Assembly (NCBI GenBank): GCA_963836075.1
Contig: CAWIIB010000009.1
Location: forward strand, 352,001-416,000
Direction of reading: 5' to 3'
Length of the DNA: 64,000 nt
Origin: an uncultured Acidobacteriota bacterium
GTDB taxonomy: Bacteria; Acidobacteriota; JAQAZP01
This document shows positions 49,461-59,608 of this stretch, in pieces. How positions within the stretch are numbered: the first letter of the stretch is position 1; every line of letters starts with the position of its first letter. The position numbers were made by a program, and so were the translations under genes. The notes beneath the pieces were generated by a model. That model was not told the DNA's origin, did not search any database, and worked only from the letters and a program-made list of their open reading frames with translations.

Positions 49461-51891
49461 TCACTTGCTGAAGGAGAAGTAGCCCCCCGCCACCTTTCCG
49501 CCGTGGGTCATCCAGCCGTCGTAGGCGAAGAAATCATACCCGAGAACCAGTTCCACCCCGAAGGCGTTCTGACGGTAGGCCCGCAGCCGGGCGCCGAGCC
49601 CTTCGCCGGCACCCGGCATGGTGAGGATCTCGTCCTGGCCGTCGTCATCCAGGTCCCAGGCCCCCACCACCACGCCATAGCCGTCCGCCGATGCGAGGAA
49701 ATTGATCGTGGGAATGGAGGTCAGTTCCTCGCCGTCGTAGTTCCATCCCTTGACGCTGGCGCCATAGTTGCTGCCCGGCCCCACCCCGGTGAGGATCTCG
49801 TCCATCCCGTCACCGTCCAGGTCGCCGCAGGCCACATTGACACCCCATTTGCCGGTGGCGTAGGCAAAGAAGCTGATCCCGGCAATGGGATCGGTGGTGG
49901 CCCCGCCGTCGTGGTCCCAGCCCCGCACATGGGGGCCGAAAGCCTCGCCCGGCCCGGCCCCGGTGACGATCTCGTCATAGCCGTCGCCGTCCAGGTCGCC
50001 GCAGGCCACGTTGACCCCCCACTTCAGCGTGCCGTAGGCCATGAAATTCACGGCGGCGATGGCGCTCACCCCGCCCCCGGAGTAGTCCCAGCCCCGCACG
50101 TGGGGGCCGAAGACCGCGCCGGGCCCGGCGCCGGTGACGATCTCGTCATAGCCGTCGCCATCCACGTCGCCGCAGGCCACGTTCACCCCATAGCGCGGCG
50201 TGCCGTAAGCCAGGAAGCTGATGCCGCTGATCGGATCACCGCCCACGCCCCAGCCCCGCACGTGGGGCCCGTAGTTCTCGCCGGGGCCGGGACCGGTGAC
50301 GATTTCGTCGAACCCCAGGCCGTCAAGATTGCCGCAGGCCACGTTGACCCCGTAACGGGCGCCGGAGTATGCCTCCCACTCGCCCCGGGAGGTGCGGACC
50401 AGCGACGGGTTGGCCACTCCGGGGCCGGGGCCGGTGACCAGCGGGCCCCAGTCGGCGCTGTCCCCCCAGTTGGCGACGATGAAGAAGCTCTCCGGGGGCG
50501 TGGAGTCGATGTTGCCGTCCCGGTCCCTGGAGCGGACGTAGAAGGTGTAGGGCCCGGTTCCCAGGTCGCGGTAGATGGCCGTGCGGGCCTGGCTCCAGGC
50601 GGACCAGTCCTCGCGATCCAGACGCCAGGAGAAACGGAGGTCCTCTTCGGGATCGCGGTTGTCAGTGGCACTGAAGGCGAAGATGAGCACCGGCGAGTCC
50701 ACCGTGCCGTCTGGGGCCGCCGTCGATGGTGGTCACCGGCTCCTCCCAGATCTCGTAGTGGAAACCCATGTCCACCACCCCGGTGTCGGGGGCCGAGTCG
50801 GTGCGGGTGGTGCCGTTGATCATCGGGCCGGCCGGGTTGCCGGCATCGACGCAGGGGCTGGTCACCGACTGGCCGGCCGCCTGCTGCCTCAGGTAGTACT
50901 CGCCGATGGCCCCGCTGACGAAGAGCGGGTCGACGTCGATCATCCCGCCCCACCAGTTGAGGATGCACCCCTCATCGAGATACGCGCCGGCCCGCCCGCC
51001 GGTGACGCTGGAGTAGCTGATGCTCAGGGTGGAGGGATAGTTGTGCGAGCGGAGCCCGATCTCGGCCCCCTCCGCCGCCGAATCGAGATAGAGGATCGAG
51101 CTGGTCACCGTGGGCGTGGACGATTCCATACAGCCGATGCCGCCGCCGTAGTCGGTGGCCGAGTTGAAAGTGATGGTGCAGTTGCGGATCTGAACCCCGG
51201 CCCGGCGGCAGGCGATACCCCCGCCCCAGGTCTGGGCCGAGTTGCCGGCCACCAGGTTGTTCACCAGCACCGTGGCCGAGTCGTCGAAGCGCAGCCCGCC
51301 CCCCTCGCCCACGCTGGCGACGTTGCCGGTGATCTGGTTGTGGCGGATGGTGGGCGACGAGTGGTAGCAGTTGATCCCCCCGGCCCAGCCGGCGCTGTTG
51401 AAGGAGATCTCGTTCCATTCGATCACCGGCGAGGACTGGTAACAGTGGATGGCGCCGCCTTTGTACAGCGCCGAATTGGAGGTGAGGATATTGCCGCTGA
51501 TGGTGGGCGACGCGTAATAGCAGTAGACCGCCCCCCCGTTCTGGGCATACCCGGACTGGATGGTAAACCCGTGAAGCACCGACCCCGGCCCCTCTCCACC
51601 GTCGAAGATGAATCCCCGGGCGTTGCTGCCGCAATCGATGATGCAGCCCTGGGGCCCGTTCTCCGACGTGACGGTGATCGCCTTGCCGTGGAACCGGATG
51701 TTGACGAAACCCTTGCCGCGGTAAGAATCGTCGGCCACCAGCACCGTGTCCCCGTCCACGGCCAGATCTATGGCATCCTGGATGGTGGGTGCGTTTCCGG
51801 GCACTTTGATCTCCGCGGCAGCGGCCGGCGCGGCACAGCAGGGCAGAAGGGAAAGTATCAGGAGGACACGGAGCGTATGGGCGAAAGACAT
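49461..51891 (-). CDS. Secreted beta-helix protein with Ig-like linker and FG-GAP-like repeats; +1 frameshift at ~50713-50716
   Basis: VP....TIQDAID.AVDGDTVLV, GG(A/G)I.C..SSP.I repeats, DPLFV, SPCVDAG, DMGFHY; then YTFYVRSRD and GVNVACGD.DGDG.DEI.TG.GPG..(F/Y)GPHVRGW repeats; span = 3n+1. Confidence 0.82.
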
Positions 51892-52086
51892 CACAATCTC
51901 CGTTGACGGCTGCGGCTCATCCCGCACCGGCGTGCCCGGCACGGGCGGTCTGGGTTGCAAGGCTGCCGATCATTGCAGAAAGTTTATTTTATCACAGCGG
52001 TTCACCATAGGCATTCATTCCCCGATGCACTAAAATTCAGGCGATATTCCAAACTGTCCCTGTCCACCTGGGGGGGAGGATCAGCC

Positions 52087-53850
52087 ATGCCCGGCCTGGC
52101 CGGCATACTGGGAACTGAAGATGCACGGGGTGTCCTGGAGCAGGTGGTCTCCCGGCTGCGGCACCGCTCCGGTTACGATGTCTCCACCTTCTGGCGGCCC
52201 GGCCTGGCCCTGGCCCTGGTGGAACGGCCGGCCCCCACCACCGCCGGCGGCCGGTCCGAGGTCATTGAACTCTCCGGCGCCGGCGACCTGCTGCTGGTCC
52301 ACGGCACCCCGGGCAGCGCTCCGGACGGCTCGGAAGCATCCGACTGGGTCCGCACCTGCCTCGACCGGGACCGGCCCGCCGACCTTGTGCTGCTGAATGG
52401 GAGCTTTCACGCCGCCCACGTCTCCGGCGCCCGGGTAGTGCTGGTCAGCGACCGCTTCGGCCACCAGCCGCTCTACCTGGCCCGTTTCCGGGGCGGCCTG
52501 GCCTTCGCCCCCGAGGTCCAGGCACTGGCCGGGCTGCCGGGCGTGGACACCGCACCCGACCTGCCGGCCATCCGGCAGCTGCTGGAGCACGGCCACCCCT
52601 TTGACCAGCGGACACTGCTCAGCGGTGTGGAGCTGCTGCCGGCGGGAGCGGTGACCGAGGTCACCCCCGGCGGCCGGATCAGCCGCCCCTGGTTTCAGTT
52701 CGATCCGCCGGCGGTGAACCCGGCCCTGGGAGCGGAAGACATCGGCCGGACCATGGAGGGCGCCGTCGAATCGGCACTGCAACAGGTCTCCAGCGGGGCA
52801 CGGGTCGGCTGCATGCTCTCCGGCGGCATGGACTCGCGCACCATCGCCGCCGAAGCGGCGGCCCTGGGGGCCAGCCCCACCGCAATCACCTTTGGCACCC
52901 CCGGTTCGCCCGACGTGCAACTGGCCGGGCAGGTGGCCGGCGTTCTCGGTCTGCGCCACCTGGTCTTTCGTCTCGATCCGGTGAGGGTGGCTGATGCGCT
53001 TCCCGAAGCGGCACTGGTCACCGGCGGCACCACCGGCATCGCCCACCTTGCCGGACACGCCACCAACCTGGAGATTGCCGCCGAGGCGGACGTGATCCTC
53101 TCCGGGATGTGCGGCGATGTGATCATGGGCAACGTGCCGGCCGACATCCCCTCACGCCCGGCGAGGGCAGCTCGCGGGCTGCCGGACCTCCAGGCACGGC
53201 TGCTGATGGCGCAAGAGTTCAGGCAGGCCGGCGAGAAGGAGTACCAGGCGAGCATCGAGGCCGATGCATCGAACTATCCCGAGGGGACCGGGTTGGCGGT
53301 GATCTACACCTTCGAGTCCATGCGCTGCCGCTGGCAGCGAATGACCCTCTCCGGGGTGGTCTCGCGGCGCATCGACACCGCTGTCCTGCTGCCCTTCTTT
53401 CACCAGCCGCTGCTGGAGACCGCCTTTGCCCTGCCCCGGGAGTTGCGGCAACACCAGGCGGCCTACCTGGCGAGCTTCTGCGCCCGTCACCCCCGATGCG
53501 CCGCCATCCCCTGGGAGCGCACCGGCCGGCCGCCAACCGCGGGCGGCGCTCCCCCACCGCTGCCCGGCCGGTCCGCACGAGCCCTCCTCCGCCGCCTCGC
53601 CGCACTGGTGGGCCTCGACTCCGGTAGGAAAGCCGGGCACTTCGACTTCGCCGCCGAGCTCCGCCGCCCCGGCCCGCTGCGCACCATGGCCGAAGAGTTA
53701 CTTACCGACCGGACTGCGTCCCACCGCCCGTGGCTCAACGCCGAGGGCGTCAGCACGCTGCTCAGCGAGCACGCGGAAGGGCGGGCCAACCACCTCCACC
53801 CGCTCACCCGGGCGATGACCATCGAACTGTTTCTGCGAGCCATCGCGTAA
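52087..53850 (+). CDS. Asparagine synthetase-like amidotransferase/ligase lacking the N-terminal Cys
   Basis: Starts MPGLAG after a GGAGG RBS; DRFGHQPLY, PP-loop LSGGMDSR, SGMCGD, LPFFH. Confidence 0.8.
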   Translation: MPGLAGILGTEDARGVLEQVVSRLRHRSGYDVSTFWRPGLALALVERPAPTTAGGRSEVIELSGAGDLLLVHGTPGSAPDGSEASDWVRTCLDRDRPADLVLLNGSFHAAHVSGARVVLVSDRFGHQPLYLARFRGGLAFAPEVQALAGLPGVDTAPDLPAIRQLLEHGHPFDQRTLLSGVELLPAGAVTEVTPGGRISRPWFQFDPPAVNPALGAEDIGRTMEGAVESALQQVSSGARVGCMLSGGMDSRTIAAEAAALGASPTAITFGTPGSPDVQLAGQVAGVLGLRHLVFRLDPVRVADALPEAALVTGGTTGIAHLAGHATNLEIAAEADVILSGMCGDVIMGNVPADIPSRPARAARGLPDLQARLLMAQEFRQAGEKEYQASIEADASNYPEGTGLAVIYTFESMRCRWQRMTLSGVVSRRIDTAVLLPFFHQPLLETAFALPRELRQHQAAYLASFCARHPRCAAIPWERTGRPPTAGGAPPPLPGRSARALLRRLAALVGLDSGRKAGHFDFAAELRRPGPLRTMAEELLTDRTASHRPWLNAEGVSTLLSEHAEGRANHLHPLTRAMTIELFLRAIA

Positions 53851-53885
53851 AGAACGCCTGGCCGCCATACCGGAGCGATAATGAT

Positions 53886-54071
53886 ATGAGCACAACAGCA
53901 CACCCTCAGAAGGCCGACCTGCTTCTCGCCCTGCACACGGCCGAAGACCTGCTGATCCTGCCCAACATCTGGGACCCGCTGGGGGCCCGCATCCTGCAGA
54001 CCAGGGGCTCGGGTCCGGTGATCAACGAAGTGCAATCCAGGATTCACGCCATCCTCGAATACGACGGGTGA
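53886..54071 (+). pseudogene. Truncated PEP mutase/isocitrate lyase family fragment
   Basis: KADLLLALH...LLILPNIWDPLGARIL..RG matches the family N-terminus, then stops after 61 aa. Confidence 0.6.
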
Positions 54072-54146
54072 TCCCGCCGTATACAGATTCAGCCGCTGAA
54101 CCGGCGGGTTGCCCGGGCAATCCACCGCAACCGTTCGAGGTCATGG

Positions 54147-54377
54147 ATGGCCCAGTGGTATGACATCTTCACCCGTATTTTTATCGGTGCCCTGATCGTC
54201 GACTACCTCTGCCTGGCGGTTATCTTCATCAGAAAGTTCAGGCAGCACGGCATGCAGTTGCCCGGCCTGGTGGAACTGGACCCTGTCGACATGCAGATCC
54301 TCAAGTATGCCGGGTTCATCTTTCTCTTCGGACTGCTGAATTTCATCGCCTATCTCATTTCCCTCTACTACTTTTAG
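54147..54377 (+). CDS. Small two-TM membrane protein
   Basis: Two hydrophobic segments; GAGG RBS. Confidence 0.55.
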   Translation: MAQWYDIFTRIFIGALIVDYLCLAVIFIRKFRQHGMQLPGLVELDPVDMQILKYAGFIFLFGLLNFIAYLISLYYF

Positions 54378-54511
54378 CGCCCCGCCCCCTTCAACATCCC
54401 GCCATATCTGCCGATGCGCAGAACAACGGTGATACCCGGGATAACCGGTTACCTGCTGCTCTCTTACTCTCAAATGTCGTACCGATGAATCAGGTCGCCG
54501 TTCCCGGCTGA

Positions 54512-55378
54512 CTACAACCCTCTGTACCACTCGGGGCGCAGCGGCACCTCGCCCTTCAGCGCCTGGTCGATGAGCGCCAGGGTGGCCTCGCGGTCCTGGG
54601 GCAGGCGGGCCTTGATCGGCAGGTAGTTGGAGGCGTGGTTGGCCATGAACAGGCCGCGGCTGAGGTGGGTGTGCTCGATCATGGTGCGCAGTTCGGCCAG
54701 CATCTCCATGCTGTCGGGCAGGGTGAAGCGGCCGGCCTCGTAGTCGTCGCAGAGCGGCGTGCCGGGGAGCAGCATCAGGCTCAGCGCGCCCACGTAGTCG
54801 GGGTCGATGGCGCTGAGCACCCGGCCGGTGGCTTCGGCGTGCTCCCGGGAACGTTCGGTACCGGCCAGGCCCAGAAGCACGGTGACTGAAAGCCTGATCC
54901 CCGCCTCGCGCACCTTCCGCCCCTCGCGGATCATGGTCCCGGCATCGGCCTTCTTGTTCACCTTGACCAGCGTCTCGTCGTCCCCCGATTCCAGCCCCAG
55001 GTAGACGATACCCAGCTTCTTCGCCTTCAGCGCCCGCAGATCCTCGAGGCTCTTGCGCTTGAGACAGCGGGCATTGGCGTAGATCCCCACCCGGGTGACC
55101 CAGGGCAGTTTCTGGTTGATCAGTTCGAGGATCTCCAGCAGCCGCTCCTGGGGGATGGCCATGGCATCGCCGTCGCAAAGGAAAAGCCGCCGCTGCTGCC
55201 GGCAGTGCTGCGCCGCGAACTCGATGTCGGCCTCGATGATTTCCCGGTTCTTGATCCTGAACGGGTGCTCGTAGGTCCCGCAGAAGGTGCAGTGGTTGTG
55301 CGAACAGCCCACGGTGACCTGGAGCAGGATGCTCAGAGCCTCGCTGGGCGGCCGGATGATGTTGCCTTCGAAGTGCAT
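54512..55378 (-). CDS. Radical SAM protein (RPPSEA subgroup)
   Basis: IIRPPSEA, CxxxCxxC motif CSHNHCTFC, FLCDGD, YLGLESG, FMANHASNY. Confidence 0.9.
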   Translation of the reverse strand: MHFEGNIIRPPSEALSILLQVTVGCSHNHCTFCGTYEHPFRIKNREIIEADIEFAAQHCRQQRRLFLCDGDAMAIPQERLLEILELINQKLPWVTRVGIYANARCLKRKSLEDLRALKAKKLGIVYLGLESGDDETLVKVNKKADAGTMIREGRKVREAGIRLSVTVLLGLAGTERSREHAEATGRVLSAIDPDYVGALSLMLLPGTPLCDDYEAGRFTLPDSMEMLAELRTMIEHTHLSRGLFMANHASNYLPIKARLPQDREATLALIDQALKGEVPLRPEWYRGL

Positions 55379-55607
55379 GGCACTATTGTTGGTCGGGGTC
55401 CCACCGATGTCAATGCGGTCAAGATTACGGTTCCTGACTGATACCGGCCCCACCCGCACCGGAAAATTGATTTCGAGCTTGAAAATCTGAACAATAGAAC
55501 ATATTGTACTTTTCAGTATAATTATTACATGGTTGCACAAGCTGAGAGTTTGACAATATTCATCTTTCGCAATTTAAAGTTCACAGATTGATCTCGGGAG
55601 GTCCTGG

Positions 55608-57398
55608 ATGGCCCGCCTATTCGTCAGCGCTCTCGCCATGACGGCTGCCTTGTTTGTCCTCCCACATCACTGTTCCGCAGAGCTCCTCTACTCCACCTAT
55701 ATCGGTCATATGTTTTCCGACGGTGCCGCCGATGCTACGTTCGATTCTGAGGGCAACATCGTTGTCACGGGCCACACCATCCTGGCCGACTTCCCGACCA
55801 CTCCCGGAGCCTATTACACGAACCGGAACGGCCACAGCGATATATTTGTTGTTCGGCTGGATGCGGAGTTGAACGAGCTCATCTCGTGCACGGTGTTCGG
55901 CGGCAGCAGCGATGAATCCAGCCGCGATGTACTATTCGACTGCGAAGGGCGATGCCTGTTGCTGGGCCGAACTCTTTCTGCCGATTTCCCGACCACTCCC
56001 GGAGCCTGGGATACAAGTTTCAACGGTGAGGCCGACATCTATTTTGCAGTACTCTCGCCTGGATTCGATGAACTGCTTTACTCCTCGTTCTACGGCGGCA
56101 GCGATGGCGACCACGTGCGCGGCGCCGAGCTTCATCCAACCGGCGATCTCTTTATTGCCGGCTCGACGCTCTCACCGGATTTTCCGGTGACCTCCGGGGC
56201 TTACAGCCCGACACATGGCGGTGGTTACGATATTTTCGTCTCACGCTTGTCCCTGGAGGACGGTTTCCCCGTGGCGTCAACATATGTCGGGGGAGACAGT
56301 TGGGAAATGGCCACAGCCCTGGCGATCACCAGCCAGGAAGATGTTGTCGTCGTCGGCAGATCCTACGGCTGGTTCCCCACCACCAGTGGTGCTTACCAAA
56401 CCACGTATCACGGAAACCAGGACATCGTCATCTTCCGAATGAAACCCGACCTTGCTTCTCTGGGGGCGAGCACCTATCTCGGCGGCAGCGATCTTGAAAT
56501 GTCCTCGACGGCCATCGTAGAGGATCCTCAGGGAAACTTTATTCTCTCGGGTAGGACGGACTCCGCCGATTTCCCAGTCACTGCCGGCGCCTGGGACACG
56601 GAGTATTCCGGTCATACGGATAGTTTCATTGCCCGCCTTACGCCCAGGCTTGATGCACTTCTTGCAGCGACATATTCTGCTCCGGAAAATGTGTTCGCTG
56701 GGATTAGGGACCTGCGGGTCTCTCCCGCCGGGGAGATCGTCGCCGTCGGATTCGCCCAGCATCTCTCATACCCGACTTTCCGGGATGCCCGGATCCTGAC
56801 CCTGCCCCTCTCCCTGGAAACCGTTTGCTCGGTAAACCTGCTCGGAGGTGGAGGTATCGATACAGCTGAAGCCATGCTGATTGACGATTCGGGCCGCGTA
56901 GTAGTGGTCGGGGAAACCAACTCCATTGATTTTCCAACCACACCGGGAGCATTCGACACGACACTCAACAGCCCCTACGGCTTTTTCGTTGACTATGATG
57001 CTTTCGTCTCCGTCATAACCCCCGAAGGATATGACACGTTCTACACAAGCCTGTCCTGTTACCCCAACGTTCTCGAGTTGCCGCAAGAGTGCCTGATCAC
57101 GGCCCAGGTCGGCAATGCGTCTCACCATCTGCGGCACATCGATGTCGGGTTGAGTCTCCGACTGCCCGATGGTTCGGTGTTCGAGAACTTTCGTTTCACA
57201 AGTTTTGTTTTCGAAGAAGGCGAGATGCAATGGAACAGGTGGAATCAGCACTTCCCTCCACTCCCGCAACTTGCGGGTACTACGACCTACATCCTCCGCG
57301 CCGTGGACGTTACTCCGGCACCTTGGAACCAGCCGCCCTACCCGCCCAGTGGGAGCAGCGACATTTCGCAGGTGCCGATCGAAATCACGCTGCCCTGA
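55608..57398 (+). CDS. Secreted SBBP-type beta-propeller protein with shared C-terminal domain
   Basis: Signal peptide; repeated G.T.S.DFP(T/V)T.GA(W/Y/F)...DIFV and ST(Y/F).GG; C-terminus DVTPAPWNQPPYPPSG...ITLP. Confidence 0.85.
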   Translation: MARLFVSALAMTAALFVLPHHCSAELLYSTYIGHMFSDGAADATFDSEGNIVVTGHTILADFPTTPGAYYTNRNGHSDIFVVRLDAELNELISCTVFGGSSDESSRDVLFDCEGRCLLLGRTLSADFPTTPGAWDTSFNGEADIYFAVLSPGFDELLYSSFYGGSDGDHVRGAELHPTGDLFIAGSTLSPDFPVTSGAYSPTHGGGYDIFVSRLSLEDGFPVASTYVGGDSWEMATALAITSQEDVVVVGRSYGWFPTTSGAYQTTYHGNQDIVIFRMKPDLASLGASTYLGGSDLEMSSTAIVEDPQGNFILSGRTDSADFPVTAGAWDTEYSGHTDSFIARLTPRLDALLAATYSAPENVFAGIRDLRVSPAGEIVAVGFAQHLSYPTFRDARILTLPLSLETVCSVNLLGGGGIDTAEAMLIDDSGRVVVVGETNSIDFPTTPGAFDTTLNSPYGFFVDYDAFVSVITPEGYDTFYTSLSCYPNVLELPQECLITAQVGNASHHLRHIDVGLSLRLPDGSVFENFRFTSFVFEEGEMQWNRWNQHFPPLPQLAGTTTYILRAVDVTPAPWNQPPYPPSGSSDISQVPIEITLP

Positions 57399-57494
57399 AC
57401 CCGCACCGTCAGACAAGCTCAGTCGCCGTACAGAAAATCGCCGGCGGGGTATCAGGATTTTTAACATCCCCGGAAGTTGTCAGGAAATTTACGA

Positions 57495-58451
57495 TCAGGC
57501 CGGGGCCGCCACCGGGCCTTCCTCGGCCTTCGCCTTCAGCTTGCGGAATTTTCCGGAGAGCTTGGTCAGCCTCTGGTCCCACTCCTCGTTGGGTGTCTGC
57601 CCCTCCACCGCCTTGAAGTAGACCTGCATCATCGCCGCCACGGCAAAGGGCTCGATCAGCGCCGCCTTGACGCACCAGGCAAAAACGATGGCCATCACCA
57701 GCCCCCCGAAGGTCGTCGCCCCGGGGAAGAATGCCACCAGCGCCCCCATGGGAGCCAGGAAGAGGAGGAAGACCACAAAGCTGATCAGCCAGATGCCCAG
57801 CATGAGGAAGAAGGCGTTCTTCAGCATGGTGGTGTAGTTCTGCGCGTAGAGGATCACCGCGTCCTTGCTGGTGGCCCAGGGGTTGTCCGAGCGGACACGG
57901 AAGTTGTGGGCGATGATGATCTCGTCGACGTAGGTCAGCGAGAGGGTGATCAGCGTGCCCGCGATGCCCATCAGGCTGTCCAGGCCGGGAATGGGGATGA
58001 AGTTGCCGATGCGGGAGAGGGTGCGGTTCACCATCCGCAGTATCCCCTTCAGCAGCTGGTCCAGACCGAAGAGGAGCGAGGACTCGACGAACCGCTCACG
58101 CACCTTGGACTGGGCGTAGTCGATCTGGCCCTTGCCCCCGGGCAGGCCGGTCTTGCCGTCCAGCAGCTCCACCATGACGGCAATGTGCCCGGCCTTGACC
58201 AGGTAGAGGATGTACTCCCGAATCCAGTACATGATCCCGATGCTGACAGCGAAACCAATGAACCCACCGATGGCGGCGCCGGCCCCCGGTTCCTCGGCAA
58301 AGGAGGTGATCAGATATCCGATCCCGGCGCCGATGCCGGTGACCAGCAGGAAGGTGAAGGCCACCCCCATGTAGACCAGCAGGCGAAAGATGATGAAGGG
58401 CATCGTTTTCACCAGAATGCCAAAGGTCTTGCCGATATCGAAGTCCCACAT
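57495..58451 (-). CDS. Hypothetical integral membrane protein
   Basis: Several TM helices; REYILYLVKAGHIAV, YVDEII, YAQNY; strong GC3 bias. Confidence 0.75.
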   Translation of the reverse strand: MWDFDIGKTFGILVKTMPFIIFRLLVYMGVAFTFLLVTGIGAGIGYLITSFAEEPGAGAAIGGFIGFAVSIGIMYWIREYILYLVKAGHIAVMVELLDGKTGLPGGKGQIDYAQSKVRERFVESSLLFGLDQLLKGILRMVNRTLSRIGNFIPIPGLDSLMGIAGTLITLSLTYVDEIIIAHNFRVRSDNPWATSKDAVILYAQNYTTMLKNAFFLMLGIWLISFVVFLLFLAPMGALVAFFPGATTFGGLVMAIVFAWCVKAALIEPFAVAAMMQVYFKAVEGQTPNEEWDQRLTKLSGKFRKLKAKAEEGPVAAPA

Positions 58452-58618
58452 GGTTCCGCTCCTTCTGGTATCCACTGGTGGTATGTGACGCACGGCGCCT
58501 GGCCGCTGACTGCTGAAGCCTATGGGTAATGGTATCCTCAATCAGTCGATTTCTGCAATGGCAAGTTTCAGGACACCGCCAACGCCGCTCTCGGGCCTCA
58601 GATGGTGTCCTCCGCCAC

Positions 58619-59365
58619 TTAGAAGGCGAGTTGGATGGCCACGACAATGAGCACCAGGCCGGCCACCCGGTTGAACCAGACCTCGGAGAGCCGGAAAAAG
58701 ACCTTGTTGCCGAGGTAGATGCCGAGCAGGAGCCCGGGGAGGGCGCAGAGGACGTAGAGCAGCACCTGGGTGGTGACCAGGCCGGTGCAGCCGTAGGTCA
58801 CCGTGCGGGCCAGGGCGGCGGCGAAGAAGATCGGCACCAGGGTCTGGCGGAAGGCGTGTTTGGCGAACTTGCGGCCGAACTGCCAGAGGATCGGCGGGCC
58901 GCTGATGCCGAAAAGCCCGCCGCAGAACCCGCCGAAGAAAGTCATCGAGGCATCGGCCGCGCTGCACCGCGGGGGCAGTTCGTCCACCAGCCCCCCGTTG
59001 TCCGCGGCCTTGCCCCGGCCGAGGATGAACCAGAGGCCGAGGACCAGGATGGCCACGCTGAAGATGTAGTCGAACCAGCGTTCGGGGATGGTGACGATGA
59101 GCAGGCCGCCGATCACCGCACCGCTGACGATGGCCGCGGAGAGCGGCAGCCAGAAGCCGGGACGTCCCTTGGGCCGGTCCATGGCCAGCAGCAACGCCCC
59201 GGCGGTCATGTCGAGGATCGAGCTGGTGGCGATCACATCCTGCGGCGCCATGAGCAGCGAGCCGAGGGCGATGACCACGATGGCCGGGCCAAAGCCGGTG
59301 GCCGCCTTGAGCACGAAGGCAACCAGGGCGATCAGCGGCAGCAGGATGTAAGCCAGGTCGATCAC
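58619..59365 (-). CDS. Sulfite exporter TauE/SafE family protein
   Basis: ATGFG, GGLFGISGPP, G..LG..LG helices. Confidence 0.82.
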   Translation of the reverse strand: MIDLAYILLPLIALVAFVLKAATGFGPAIVVIALGSLLMAPQDVIATSSILDMTAGALLLAMDRPKGRPGFWLPLSAAIVSGAVIGGLLIVTIPERWFDYIFSVAILVLGLWFILGRGKAADNGGLVDELPPRCSAADASMTFFGGFCGGLFGISGPPILWQFGRKFAKHAFRQTLVPIFFAAALARTVTYGCTGLVTTQVLLYVLCALPGLLLGIYLGNKVFFRLSEVWFNRVAGLVLIVVAIQLAF

Positions 59366-59608
59366 GGGTTTGTTTCCACGGCATGAACAGGTCAGCGGGA
59401 GATAGCGTTCCCTGGTTCGGGCTGGAGTATATACCAGGGCCCTGAATGGTGAAACGGGAGGGACGGAGTCCACCCCCGGTTGCGGGTGGCCGCGGAACCG
59501 TTCCTTGACCAGTCCCGTAAAAGATCCTACCCTTGAAATCGTCTCCGGGACGGGATTCACCCGGTCCCGCGGGCACGATCTTTTAACACGAACCGGTTCC
59601 CGAACCCC

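Noticed and set aside
52087-54377. Lasso peptide cluster around the AsnB-like gene
   Set aside because: No transglutaminase-like B2 peptidase, PqqD/RRE or precursor with YxxP and penultimate Thr nearby
54147-55378. Radical SAM RiPP system with the small neighbouring ORF
   Set aside because: The enzyme lacks SPASM/RRE domains and the small ORF is a convergent membrane protein
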